NCBI GenBank assembly: GCA_031364845.1
Contig: JANLWX010000072.1
Span: 1 to 27,353 of the forward strand
Direction: 5' to 3'
Source of the DNA: Candidatus Eiseniibacteriota bacterium
GTDB taxonomy: Bacteria; Eisenbacteria; RBG-16-71-46
Length of the DNA: 27,353 nt
In this document: in pieces, positions 1-7,701 of the stretch
Position numbering within the stretch: the first letter of the stretch is position 1
How the letters are laid out: each line of letters opens with the position of its first letter
Position numbers and translations under genes: made by a program
Notes under the pieces: model-generated
Seen by the model: only the letters and a program-made list of their open reading frames with translations
Told to the model about the DNA's origin: nothing
Databases searched by the model: none

Positions 1-689
1 GCGACCACGGTCGTCGACCGCGTCGGTCCCCACAGAATTCCCGTCGGCAGATTCACGTTGGCGCCGCGGATCGCTTCGCTGACATCGCCGATCGGAATCC
101 CGCGCGCCGAGAGGGCGCGCGGATCGAGCTGGATGCGCACCGCGTACTTCTGCGAGCCGAACACCGACACCTGAGCCACGCCCTGCACCATCGAGATGCG
201 TTGCGCGATCATGTTCTCGGCGTACTCGTTCAACTGCGACAGCGGCAGCTGCTTGGACGTCAGCGCCAGGAACAGGATCGGAGAGTCGGCGGGATTGACC
301 TTCTGATACGACGGCGGAATGATCCCGCTCGGCAGCGAGCGCTGCGTCTTGGCGATCGCCGACTGCACGTCCTGGGCGGCGGCATCGATGTCGCGATCGA
401 GCGCGAACTGGAGCGTGATCTGGGTGCTGCCCTGATTGCTCGCCGAGGTCATCGCGTCGAGGCCGGCGATGGTCGAGAACTGTTTTTCGAGCGGCGTCGC
501 CACCGCCGAGGCCATCGTCTCGGGGCTCGCCCCCGCCAGACTGGCGCTGACGGAGATCGTCGGGTAGTCGACGTTCGGCAGGTCGCTCACGGGCAGGCGC
601 GTGTAAGCCGCGATTCCGAACAGCAGCGCCCCCGCCATGATCAGCGTGGTCATCACCGGCCGGCGGATGAAGGGTTCGGAGATGTTCAT
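1..689 (-). CDS. RND efflux transporter permease subunit (MdtB/MdtC-like), 5' part only
   Basis: Translated by hand from ATG at 689: MNISEPFIRRPVMTTLIMAGALLFGIAAYTRLPVSDLPNVDYPTISVSASLAGASPETMASAVATPLEKQFSTIAGL...SYQKVNPADSPI, a typical AcrB/MdtBC N-terminus. The start overlaps the adaptor stop (ATGA at 686-689). It runs off the window edge. Confidence 0.95.
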   Translation of the reverse strand, partial: MNISEPFIRRPVMTTLIMAGALLFGIAAYTRLPVSDLPNVDYPTISVSASLAGASPETMASAVATPLEKQFSTIAGLDAMTSASNQGSTQITLQFALDRDIDAAAQDVQSAIAKTQRSLPSGIIPPSYQKVNPADSPILFLALTSKQLPLSQLNEYAENMIAQRISMVQGVAQVSVFGSQKYAVRIQLDPRALSARGIPIGDVSEAIRGANVNLPTGILWGPTRSTTVV

Positions 690-1840
690 CGGGAGGCTGC
701 TTTCGGAGCGCGCACGGCGACCTTGGCGCCGGGCGAGAGGCGCAACTGTCCATCGGTGATCACGGTTTCTCCCGCTGCGAGACCGCTCGCGACCACCGAC
801 CATTCGTCGACGGTGCGCGCGACCGTGACCGGGCGTTGCACCACGGTCGAGTCGACGTTCATCACGTAGACGAACGCCCCGTCCTGCCCGTTCGTGACCG
901 CGGGAGCCGGCACCACGATCGCCGCCTCTTCCACGTACAGCACCAGGCGGACATCGACGAACTCACCCGGCACCAGGCGGCCGTCCTGATTGGCGAACTC
1001 GCCCTTGAGCAGGAGTGTTCCGCTCGCCGGATCGACTGCGTTGTCGACGAACACGAGCGGCCCTTCGAACGACATCGAGTCACCGGATGCCGAACTCGCG
1101 ATCACGCGCGCGCCCGCACCGCGGTGCTTCTGGACCATCGCGACCGCGCTCGCCGGGACCGTGAACGCGATGCGCACCGGTCGCGTCTGATTGATGGTCA
1201 CGAGCGGCTCGCTGGTGGCGGGCTTCACGTAGTCGCCGACGTGGACCATCAAGCGTCCGGTGCGCCCCGCGATCGGAGCCCTGATCGAGGCGTACTCCAG
1301 GTTGAGCCGCGCCGCCTGAACGATGGCCGAGTCGGCAGCGATGGTGCCGGCCCATGCGCCGGCGGCGGCGCGCTTCTGATCCCACTCGGCCCGCGACAGC
1401 ACGTTCTGCTCGAACAATTTCTCGGCGCGTTCGGCTTCGAGACGCGAAGCCTCACCCTGCGAGCGATCGCGCGCGAGTGCGGCGCGCGCCTGATCGAGCG
1501 CGGAACGGAACGGGCGCCGGTCGAGCTCGATCAGCGGCTGCCCGGCGCGTACCACATCCCCTTCCCGAAACAGGATCCGGGTGATCACCCCGCCGACCTG
1601 CGAGCCGACCGACGTCGTCTGGCTCGGCTCCACCGTTCCGGTCGCGACCAGGGCGAACGGCATCGCGCGCTGCTCGGCGAGCGCAACAGTCACCGGAACC
1701 TTGGGGCTGCGCGGCTTGGAGGGAGCGGCGCAACCCGTCACCCCCCCGAGCATCAGACCGCAGACGAACACGGCGCTCGACCACGGAGACAACCTGAAAC
1801 GAAGACGTTCGACGGGCGCGGGTTCGAACTCGACCTTCAT
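686..1840 (-). CDS. RND efflux periplasmic adaptor (membrane fusion protein, MdtA-like)
   Basis: VGSQVGGVI..FREGDVV..GQPL, IRAPIAGRTG, VDNAVDPASGT and GETVITDGQ motifs; hydrophobic N-terminus ending VTGC. Start is uncertain: ATG 1840 follows a closely spaced GGAGG, while the ORF extends to 1897. Confidence 0.93.
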   Translation of the reverse strand: MKVEFEPAPVERLRFRLSPWSSAVFVCGLMLGGVTGCAAPSKPRSPKVPVTVALAEQRAMPFALVATGTVEPSQTTSVGSQVGGVITRILFREGDVVRAGQPLIELDRRPFRSALDQARAALARDRSQGEASRLEAERAEKLFEQNVLSRAEWDQKRAAAGAWAGTIAADSAIVQAARLNLEYASIRAPIAGRTGRLMVHVGDYVKPATSEPLVTINQTRPVRIAFTVPASAVAMVQKHRGAGARVIASSASGDSMSFEGPLVFVDNAVDPASGTLLLKGEFANQDGRLVPGEFVDVRLVLYVEEAAIVVPAPAVTNGQDGAFVYVMNVDSTVVQRPVTVARTVDEWSVVASGLAAGETVITDGQLRLSPGAKVAVRAPKAASR

Positions 1841-1990
1841 GAGCCTCCAGTGGGAGACAGCGCCGAGAGCCGTCGCCTGACGCGGTTGCATGCGCATCCT
1901 ATGATCACGGACAGTCTACTGGTTGGGTAAGGTTTATCGAGTCATGACCGTGTCAGAACACGGATTTGCGTCCAGCCGGAGGTGGTCGTC

Positions 1991-2809
1991 GTGGCCCATC
2001 AGATCGCCGGGTTCTTTGGCCTCACGCTGCTGATCGCATGGGGCGTTCCGGTGGGAGTCCTGTTCCTCGCACGCGTGTTCGGCTTCGAGCCTCCGGTGTT
2101 CTCGGAGGGGTCGCCGATCGTGGCGTGGAGTCCGGCCATCGCCGCATGCGCGGTCATCCTGATGTCGCGCGGCGTCTCGGGACTCAGCGCATTCGCCGGA
2201 CGCCTCACGCGAGGGCGCGCCGGCGCGGGCTGGTATGTGCTGGCGCTCGCCGGCATTCCCGCGGCCTGCATGATCGCCAGCACGCTGGCCGGCGGCCGTA
2301 CAGCCCTGAGCCCGGTCACGAATTCCGGCGGATGGCTCGCGCTCGCGATCGCCGCACTCATGCGCTTCGCCGGCACGCCGATCGCGGAACTCGGACTGCG
2401 CGGCTTCGCGCAGCCGATGCTGCAGCGGCGTCACGGCGCGATCGAGGCTTCGGTGATGATCGGCGTGATGTGGACCGTGTGGCTGCTGCCGGCGTTCATG
2501 CTGGATCCCGGATTCGCGAGACCCGAAGGACCGGCACCCGACCTGCAGCTCGCCGCATTCGCCGCCCGCACGATCGCGCTGTCCGTGATCCTCGGAATCA
2601 TCTACAACCGGACGCACGGCAGCATGCTCGTGTGCGTGCTCGCGCACGGGACCGCGTCGCTGTGCTTTCCGGATCCCGGAACCGCGGCCGAGCTCCCGGC
2701 ACAGGCGCTGGTTCTCTCCGCGTTCGCGGTGTCACTGGGTGTGGCGTTGCGGGGTGAACTACGGCCCGCGCTGCTCGAGCGACGCGTCACCGGGCTGACG
2801 CACGTGTGA
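1991..2809 (+). CDS. CPBP/Abi (CAAX-protease-like) intramembrane protein with degenerate catalytic motifs
   Basis: Multi-pass hydrophobic protein with ELGLRGFAQP, IGVMWTVWLLP and IYNRTHGSMLVCVLAH segments matching CPBP motif positions. GGAGG at 1978-1982 supports a GTG start at 1991. Confidence 0.8.
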   Translation: MAHQIAGFFGLTLLIAWGVPVGVLFLARVFGFEPPVFSEGSPIVAWSPAIAACAVILMSRGVSGLSAFAGRLTRGRAGAGWYVLALAGIPAACMIASTLAGGRTALSPVTNSGGWLALAIAALMRFAGTPIAELGLRGFAQPMLQRRHGAIEASVMIGVMWTVWLLPAFMLDPGFARPEGPAPDLQLAAFAARTIALSVILGIIYNRTHGSMLVCVLAHGTASLCFPDPGTAAELPAQALVLSAFAVSLGVALRGELRPALLERRVTGLTHV

Positions 2810-2848
2810 TTCGAGCTGCTCGGCCAGCCACAGGCGCACCGACCCAAT

Positions 2849-2878
2849 AAAAAAGGCGGCGTCCTTTCGGACGCCGCC
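2849..2878 (-). terminator. Intrinsic terminator after csp copy 1
   Basis: Perfect 10-bp stem GGCGGCGTCC/GGACGCCGCC (2855-2878), GAAA loop on the minus strand, followed by a T6 tract on the minus strand. Confidence 0.9.
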
Positions 2879-2907
2879 AACCGGCGTGAGGTGGTACCTC
2901 GGGCGCC

Positions 2908-3108
2908 TTAAGCCTTGCGAACGTTCGCCGCCTGCAGACCCTTCGGTCCACGGGTCACGTCGAACTCGAGCGCCTCACCCTCGGCGAGCGTCTTGAAACC
3001 CTCGCCCTGGACGGCAGAGAAGTGAACGAACACATCTTCGCCATCTTCCTGAGAAATGAAGCCAAAGCCCTTCGCCTCGTTGAACCACTTCACAGTGCCA
3101 CGAGCCAC
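2908..3108 (-). CDS. cspA: Cold-shock protein, CspA family (copy 1), 66 aa
   Basis: [15 protein letters not shown] (RNP1) and VFVHFS (RNP2). AAGGAG lies 6 nt before a GTG at 3108. Confidence 0.97.
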   Translation of the reverse strand: MARGTVKWFNEAKGFGFISQEDGEDVFVHFSAVQGEGFKTLAEGEALEFDVTRGPKGLQAANVRKA

Positions 3109-3285
3109 ATGCAACTCCTTGAAGCCGGATCTTTAGGATCCGATGTGATGCCGTAAAAGAACGCGACGGCTACGTTCGGTCTGCGTGACCGATATTCCAA
3201 TCTCGTGAGATCCTCAACAAACAAAAACCGCCAGAAAGTCTCTGGCGGATTTGAACGTCAGCGGCACCCACAGACGACCAGAACG
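3109..3285 (-). promoter_or_regulatory. Structured 5' leader of csp copy 1 containing a terminator-like hairpin
   Basis: Hairpins at 3126-3142, 3177-3191 and 3228-3248. The last is followed on the minus strand by TTTTTGTTTGTT. Equivalent elements occur upstream of copy 2. Confidence 0.7.
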
Positions 3286-3290
3286 CGAGC

Positions 3291-3319
3291 ATCATGGGTG
3301 CTGGGGTGCCGGAATGCAA
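3291..3319 (-). promoter_or_regulatory. Putative sigma70 promoter of csp copy 1
   Basis: TTGCAT-17 nt-CATGAT; the -10 box lies 183 nt from the start codon, versus 182 nt for copy 2. Confidence 0.6.
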
Positions 3320-3392
3320 GTCAAATTCGCGTCACGCCGGCGGGGCTGTAAGACCTTTTGGCCGGGTTCCAGGCCTCCAGAGCCGGCCCCGA

Positions 3393-3623
3393 TCAGGGGC
3401 GGCTGGCGTCCTCGGGCTTGGATTCGTTTTCGAAGTTGGAATCTTCGGGCGCAGACCCCGGGTCCCGCATCAGCTCATCGAGCGCTTCCGGACCCGCCAC
3501 ATCACCATCGGTGTTCTTCGCCTCGCGCCGCGCGGCGCGCGCCGCCCGCTTCTCGGTCGCCCACACCTTGCGCTGTTGCTCCTTCTGCTTCTTCAAGAAA
3601 CTCGGTCTTTTGTGTCCTGCCAT
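3393..3623 (-). CDS. Small protein (76 aa) with basic helical N-terminus and acidic tail
   Basis: MAGHKRPSFLKKQKEQQRKVWATEKRAARAARREAK...; AAAGGA 8 nt before the ATG at 3623; co-oriented directly upstream of csp copy 1. Confidence 0.7.
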   Translation of the reverse strand: MAGHKRPSFLKKQKEQQRKVWATEKRAARAARREAKNTDGDVAGPEALDELMRDPGSAPEDSNFENESKPEDASRP

Positions 3624-3877
3624 CTGGGCCATCCTTTCGTTGAACAGACCCCGTGTCTCGTCCATGAGATTCGCGACGACACTCCCGCGGTTCGCCGCAT
3701 CATCGCAGAGTCCGGCCCCGGGAGCACGCGAATCGATGTGAAGCCCCCGGCCAGCAGGCTGCAGCTACGTCCCGGCAAGTTCCAGCGGATAACCCCCAAC
3801 GCGTTTCCGCACTCCCGATTCCGGGTTCTGGAGTAGAATGCGGCCGTACGCGCAGCGAACACTTCCTCGATCGTGAG

Positions 3878-5029
3878 GTGCCCTTGGGTTCGAGTGTCTA
3901 CGGCATGCGTCTCGACGGAATCTCCGCTCACGTCCCGGAGAACGTCTGGAGCAACGCTCGCGTCGCCGCCCGCCTCCGTCTCGAACGCATGCGCATGCGC
4001 CGCGGCCTCGAGGCATCGAACGCGGTACTCGAACCCGAAGACGCGAAGCTGTTCGAAACCAGCGATCGCTGGGTGCGCCGGTTCATCGGTTTCAGCGAGC
4101 GGCGGTTCACCTGCGGCAGCGAAGGCACGATCGACCTCGCAGCGGGTGCGGCGCGACTGCTGCTCGAGCGCTCGGGAACGGCCCCCTCGAGCATCGATGC
4201 GATCATCGTCGGCAGCGTCACGCCCTCCTACCTCTATAGTCCGCCGGATTCGGCGCTGCTCCAGCGCGAGCTGGGGATCCCCGCCATGATCGGTGCGGCC
4301 GCCCGCGAGCTGAAGGGCGCCGACGTCTCGCTCGCGTGCAGCAGCTGGGTGACGTCGCTCATGCTGTGCTACTCGCTGATCCGCGCCGGCATGGCAGAGC
4401 GCGTGCTCCTGGTCGGAGCGGACCGGATGAGCTCGACCATCAACTGGCGTGACCGCAGCTTCGCGACCGTGCTCGGCGATGCGGGGACCGCCACTTTGTG
4501 CAGCGCGGTGCCCGAATCCGAAGACTGGTTCGCGCCCTCCCAGTTCTGGAGCTGGCTCGACGGCGGTGAGGCCGCGATGATCCTCACGCCCGCAGGCGGA
4601 TCGAAACATCCCTCACCGTCGCCCGAGGAACTCGCTGCCGGGCGGCATCGACTGGCGATGGACGGCGCCGGGGTGCGCAAGACGCTGGTGCCGTTCATGG
4701 GAGGCCCGGCGGTCGAGGCAGCGTTCGCCAAAGCCCGGTGGAATATCGGCGACCTCGACTTCGCGACCCTTCACGAGGCGAACCTGGTGCTCAACAGTTC
4801 GATCATCTCGCTATGGCGCGAGCGCGGCTTCCGCGGCGACGTCGTGAGCGGCGGCGGACGTTTCGGCAATACGACCAGCGCCTCGATCCCGCTCGCTCTC
4901 GCGATGAACCCCGGAGCACTGTCGGTGGGCCGACGATTCGGTCTGTTCGGGTTCGGCGGAGGTCTGTCGGCGTGCTTTGCACTCGGCACGATCCGTCATC
5001 CGCTCCCGACCTGGACCAACGAAGCCTGA
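3878..5029 (+). CDS. 3-oxoacyl-ACP synthase III (FabH/KAS III)-like condensing enzyme
   Basis: ETSDRWV, LACSSW (catalytic Cys), LGDAG, LHEANL (His), FGNTTSASIP (Asn) and FGGGLS motifs. Start may be TTG 3884 after GAGG. TAGAAT at 3834-3839 is a possible -10 box. Confidence 0.9.
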   Translation: MPLGSSVYGMRLDGISAHVPENVWSNARVAARLRLERMRMRRGLEASNAVLEPEDAKLFETSDRWVRRFIGFSERRFTCGSEGTIDLAAGAARLLLERSGTAPSSIDAIIVGSVTPSYLYSPPDSALLQRELGIPAMIGAAARELKGADVSLACSSWVTSLMLCYSLIRAGMAERVLLVGADRMSSTINWRDRSFATVLGDAGTATLCSAVPESEDWFAPSQFWSWLDGGEAAMILTPAGGSKHPSPSPEELAAGRHRLAMDGAGVRKTLVPFMGGPAVEAAFAKARWNIGDLDFATLHEANLVLNSSIISLWRERGFRGDVVSGGGRFGNTTSASIPLALAMNPGALSVGRRFGLFGFGGGLSACFALGTIRHPLPTWTNEA

Positions 5030-5143
5030 TCCACCAGGCTCCTCTATTCGCAGGAGCACAAGCCAGACTGAGGCGAATCACCCCGTGGCACGCGCGAATT
5101 CCCCCACATCAGGTGCTGACCAACTTCTCACATGGCTACGGGA

Positions 5144-5320
5144 TCAGGCGGCGATTCGCTTCGACGAGGTGATCCGCCCGCGAACGCCGCGCGAACGCGG
5201 GTGTGCGGTGTGTATCGGATTCTGCATCGGTAGATGAGTGGCGAGCGCCACACCGATGCGAGCAAGGACCATGAACGCATACGCGATACAGGACCAACCG
5301 ACCATCCGAATCACCTGCAC
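5144..5320 (-). CDS. Putative small membrane-associated protein (58 aa)
   Basis: GGAGG (5327-5331) 6 nt before GTG 5320. MQVIRMVGWSCIAYAFMVLARIGVALATHLP...RITSSKRIAA has one hydrophobic stretch and a basic tail. It lies downstream of a sigma54-type promoter. Confidence 0.5.
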   Translation of the reverse strand: MQVIRMVGWSCIAYAFMVLARIGVALATHLPMQNPIHTAHPRSRGVRGRITSSKRIAA

Positions 5321-5442
5321 GACCATCCTCCGAAGCGCGAGTCTTGTACCTGAGTGCTGAAGGGTTCCCACCTTTGACCGTCGAAACGGTGTCGGCGGGA
5401 GCAACACATTCAGAGTGAACAACCGGGTTACGCGATGAAGTT

Positions 5443-5458
5443 TGCAAGTCCCGCGCCA
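5443..5458 (-). promoter_or_regulatory. Sigma54 (RpoN) -24/-12 promoter
   Basis: Minus strand TGGCGCG-GGAC-TTGCA versus consensus TGGCACG-N4-TTGCW: one mismatch, exact GG-N10-GC spacing, intergenic position. Confidence 0.7.
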
Positions 5459-5530
5459 CGCCCCGACCGTCATCCGAACACGCTCCGCGCTCGCCACCTC
5501 CTGCACCCCGGTGGTCACAGGGTCCGCTCG

Positions 5531-6043
5531 TCACGCGGGGGTCGGTGGCGCCTCGCTCAGCAGCAGCTCCAGGTCGAGCGGATCGCTGACCATCATGAGC
5601 TCGCCGTGCGCATCGAGCGGCCACTCGGCACGCGGACGGTCGCGGTACAACTCGAGCCCGTTCCCGTCGGGATCCCTCAGATAGAGCGCTTCGCTCACGC
5701 CATGATCCGACGCCCCGTCGAGCGGATGACGTGCCGCGATCAGCCGCCGCATCGCATCCGCAAGCGTGGCGCGATCGGGATAGAGGATCGCCGCGTGATA
5801 GAGCCCGGTGGTTCCCGGGGCCGGTGGCAGACCGCCCCGGCTCTCCCAGATGTTCAACCCGAGGTGGTGGTGGTAATCGCCTGCGGCAATGAACGCTGCC
5901 GTGCGGCCGAACGTTTGCCGCAGGCTAAATCCGAGTACGCCGCAGTAGAACGCGAGCGCGCGGTCGAGGTCCGCCACCTTGAGATGAACGTGGCCGATGG
6001 TCACGCGCGGATCGATCGGGCTTTCTTTCGGATCATGCGTCAT
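5531..6043 (-). CDS. VOC/glyoxalase family protein (single-module, catechol 2,3-dioxygenase CatE-like)
   Basis: IGHVHLKVADL, GDYHHHLGLN, GLYHAAI and DHGVSEALYLRDPDGNGLELY motifs. Confidence 0.92.
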   Translation of the reverse strand: MTHDPKESPIDPRVTIGHVHLKVADLDRALAFYCGVLGFSLRQTFGRTAAFIAAGDYHHHLGLNIWESRGGLPPAPGTTGLYHAAILYPDRATLADAMRRLIAARHPLDGASDHGVSEALYLRDPDGNGLELYRDRPRAEWPLDAHGELMMVSDPLDLELLLSEAPPTPA

Positions 6044-6242
6044 GTCGTCGACCCCCTGAGTCTGGAATCATGCGGCCACGAGTTGGCGGACGGAGCATTG
6101 AGTGCGAAGGGCAACATTCTAGATCGCGGGTCAAGTGGCGGGCGCTCAGGCGCGCGCGACCCGCTCACGTTTCGACCGCGGGTCCGCTATTCTGCGCGGC
6201 CCGCGAACTGCGCGTCCCATGTGAAACTCCGGAGAACATTCG

Positions 6243-7637
6243 ATGCCGCCCTCCCGCAAGGTCAACAAGCTCCGCGCGCCGAAGAAGGCGGCGAAGCTCA
6301 CGCCACTCGAAGGCTCGGTCACCGCGCCGCGCGGATTCCGGGCGTCGGGTGTGTTCTGCGACATCAAGCGGCTCGGCACGGGCTCGGGCTCGGACAAGGG
6401 TGAAAAGCGCGATCTCGCGTTGATCGTTTCCGATGTGCCGGCGACGGTCGCAGGCCTGTTCACGACCAACCAAGTGTGCGCGGCACCGGTCAAGCTGTGC
6501 ATCGAGCGCGTGCGCCGCGGCACGGCGCGCGCGATCGTCGTCAACTCCGGCAACGCGAATGCATGCACCGGCCGCCAAGGCCGCGCGGACGCGCTCGCCA
6601 TGACCACGGCGGCGGCGCGCGCACTCGGACTTCGGGCGACCGACGTGCTCGTGGGATCGACCGGCCGCATCGGCGTCACGCTGCCGATGGCGAATGTGCG
6701 GGCGGGCATCGAGGCCGCCGCACTCGAGCTGGGACCGGAGCGCGCGCGCGCCGCACACGCGGCCGAAGCCATCATGACCAGCGACACTCGCGCAAAGGAA
6801 GTGGCGGTGGAACTGCGCCTCGGCGGACGCCGGGTGCGGATCGGCGGCATCTGCAAAGGCGCGGGCATGATCCAGCCCGGCATGAGCACCACCGGACGGC
6901 GGCCCGCGGCGCGCCCTGCCGGCACCGGCGGGTTGCACGCGACGATGCTGTGCTTTCTCACGACCGATGCGGCGATTGCGGCCGCCCCGCTGGGTACCGC
7001 CCTCGAACGCGCGGTCGCGAGCAGCTTCAATCGCATCACCGTCGATGGCGACATGAGCACCAACGACACCGTACTGGTGCTGGCGAACGGGCGCGCCGAT
7101 CACGCTCGAATCGCTTCGGCGCGAGGCCCGGCGTTCGCGGCGTTCGCGGCCGCGCTCGAACACGTGTGCCTGGCACTCGCGCTCATGATCGTTCGCGACG
7201 GCGAAGGCGTTCATCGCGTGGTGACGGTTCGCGTCTCGGGCGCGCGCTCGTTCACCGACGCCGACGCCGCGGCGCGCGCGATCGCGAACAGTTCGCTCGT
7301 GAAGACGAGTTGGCACGGCGGCGATCCCAACTGGGGACGCATCCTCGATGCGGCGGGCTACAGCGACGCCCGCATCGACGAGGACAAAGTCGACATCGGC
7401 TACAGCACGCCCGGATCCCGGCGCATCGTGTGGTCGCTGCGCCGCGGCCGGCCCGCGCGCACGCCGTTCGCGGCCCTGTGGCACGCCGTGCAGCCGCAGG
7501 AGTTCGACGTGCACGTGCGCCTCAATCTCGGCCGTGGTGCTGCCGTGATGTACGCCGCGGATCTCACCGAAGCCTATGTCGACTTCAACAAGGGCACGAT
7601 CGAGGATCCGAACGACGCCACGTCGCTCGGCGGCTGA
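6243..7637 (+). CDS. argJ: Ornithine acetyltransferase / glutamate N-acetyltransferase ArgJ
   Basis: FTTNQVCAAPV, NSGNANACTG, STGRIG, AIMTSDT, KGAGMIQP...ATML, DGDMSTNDT, RDGEG and DPNWGRI motifs; GGAG upstream. Confidence 0.96.
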   Translation: MPPSRKVNKLRAPKKAAKLTPLEGSVTAPRGFRASGVFCDIKRLGTGSGSDKGEKRDLALIVSDVPATVAGLFTTNQVCAAPVKLCIERVRRGTARAIVVNSGNANACTGRQGRADALAMTTAAARALGLRATDVLVGSTGRIGVTLPMANVRAGIEAAALELGPERARAAHAAEAIMTSDTRAKEVAVELRLGGRRVRIGGICKGAGMIQPGMSTTGRRPAARPAGTGGLHATMLCFLTTDAAIAAAPLGTALERAVASSFNRITVDGDMSTNDTVLVLANGRADHARIASARGPAFAAFAAALEHVCLALALMIVRDGEGVHRVVTVRVSGARSFTDADAAARAIANSSLVKTSWHGGDPNWGRILDAAGYSDARIDEDKVDIGYSTPGSRRIVWSLRRGRPARTPFAALWHAVQPQEFDVHVRLNLGRGAAVMYAADLTEAYVDFNKGTIEDPNDATSLGG

Positions 7638-7701
7638 CGCCGCCCGCCCGCGAGCGGCGAATCCGAAGGCGATCGCGAGGCGCGTGGCAGCCTCGAGGAC
7701 G

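Noticed and set aside
5086..5101. TGGCACG as a second sigma54 site on the plus strand
   Set aside because: No TTGC at the -12 position (it reads AATTC).
5340..5435. 6S RNA or glycine riboswitch (ACACATTCA..TGAAC..GGGTT on plus; CTCAGGTACAAGAC on minus)
   Set aside because: Only fragments resemble these families. I could not find the long closing stem of 6S or the GGAGA/CCGAAG core of the glycine aptamer. Kept only as an unassigned structured leader.
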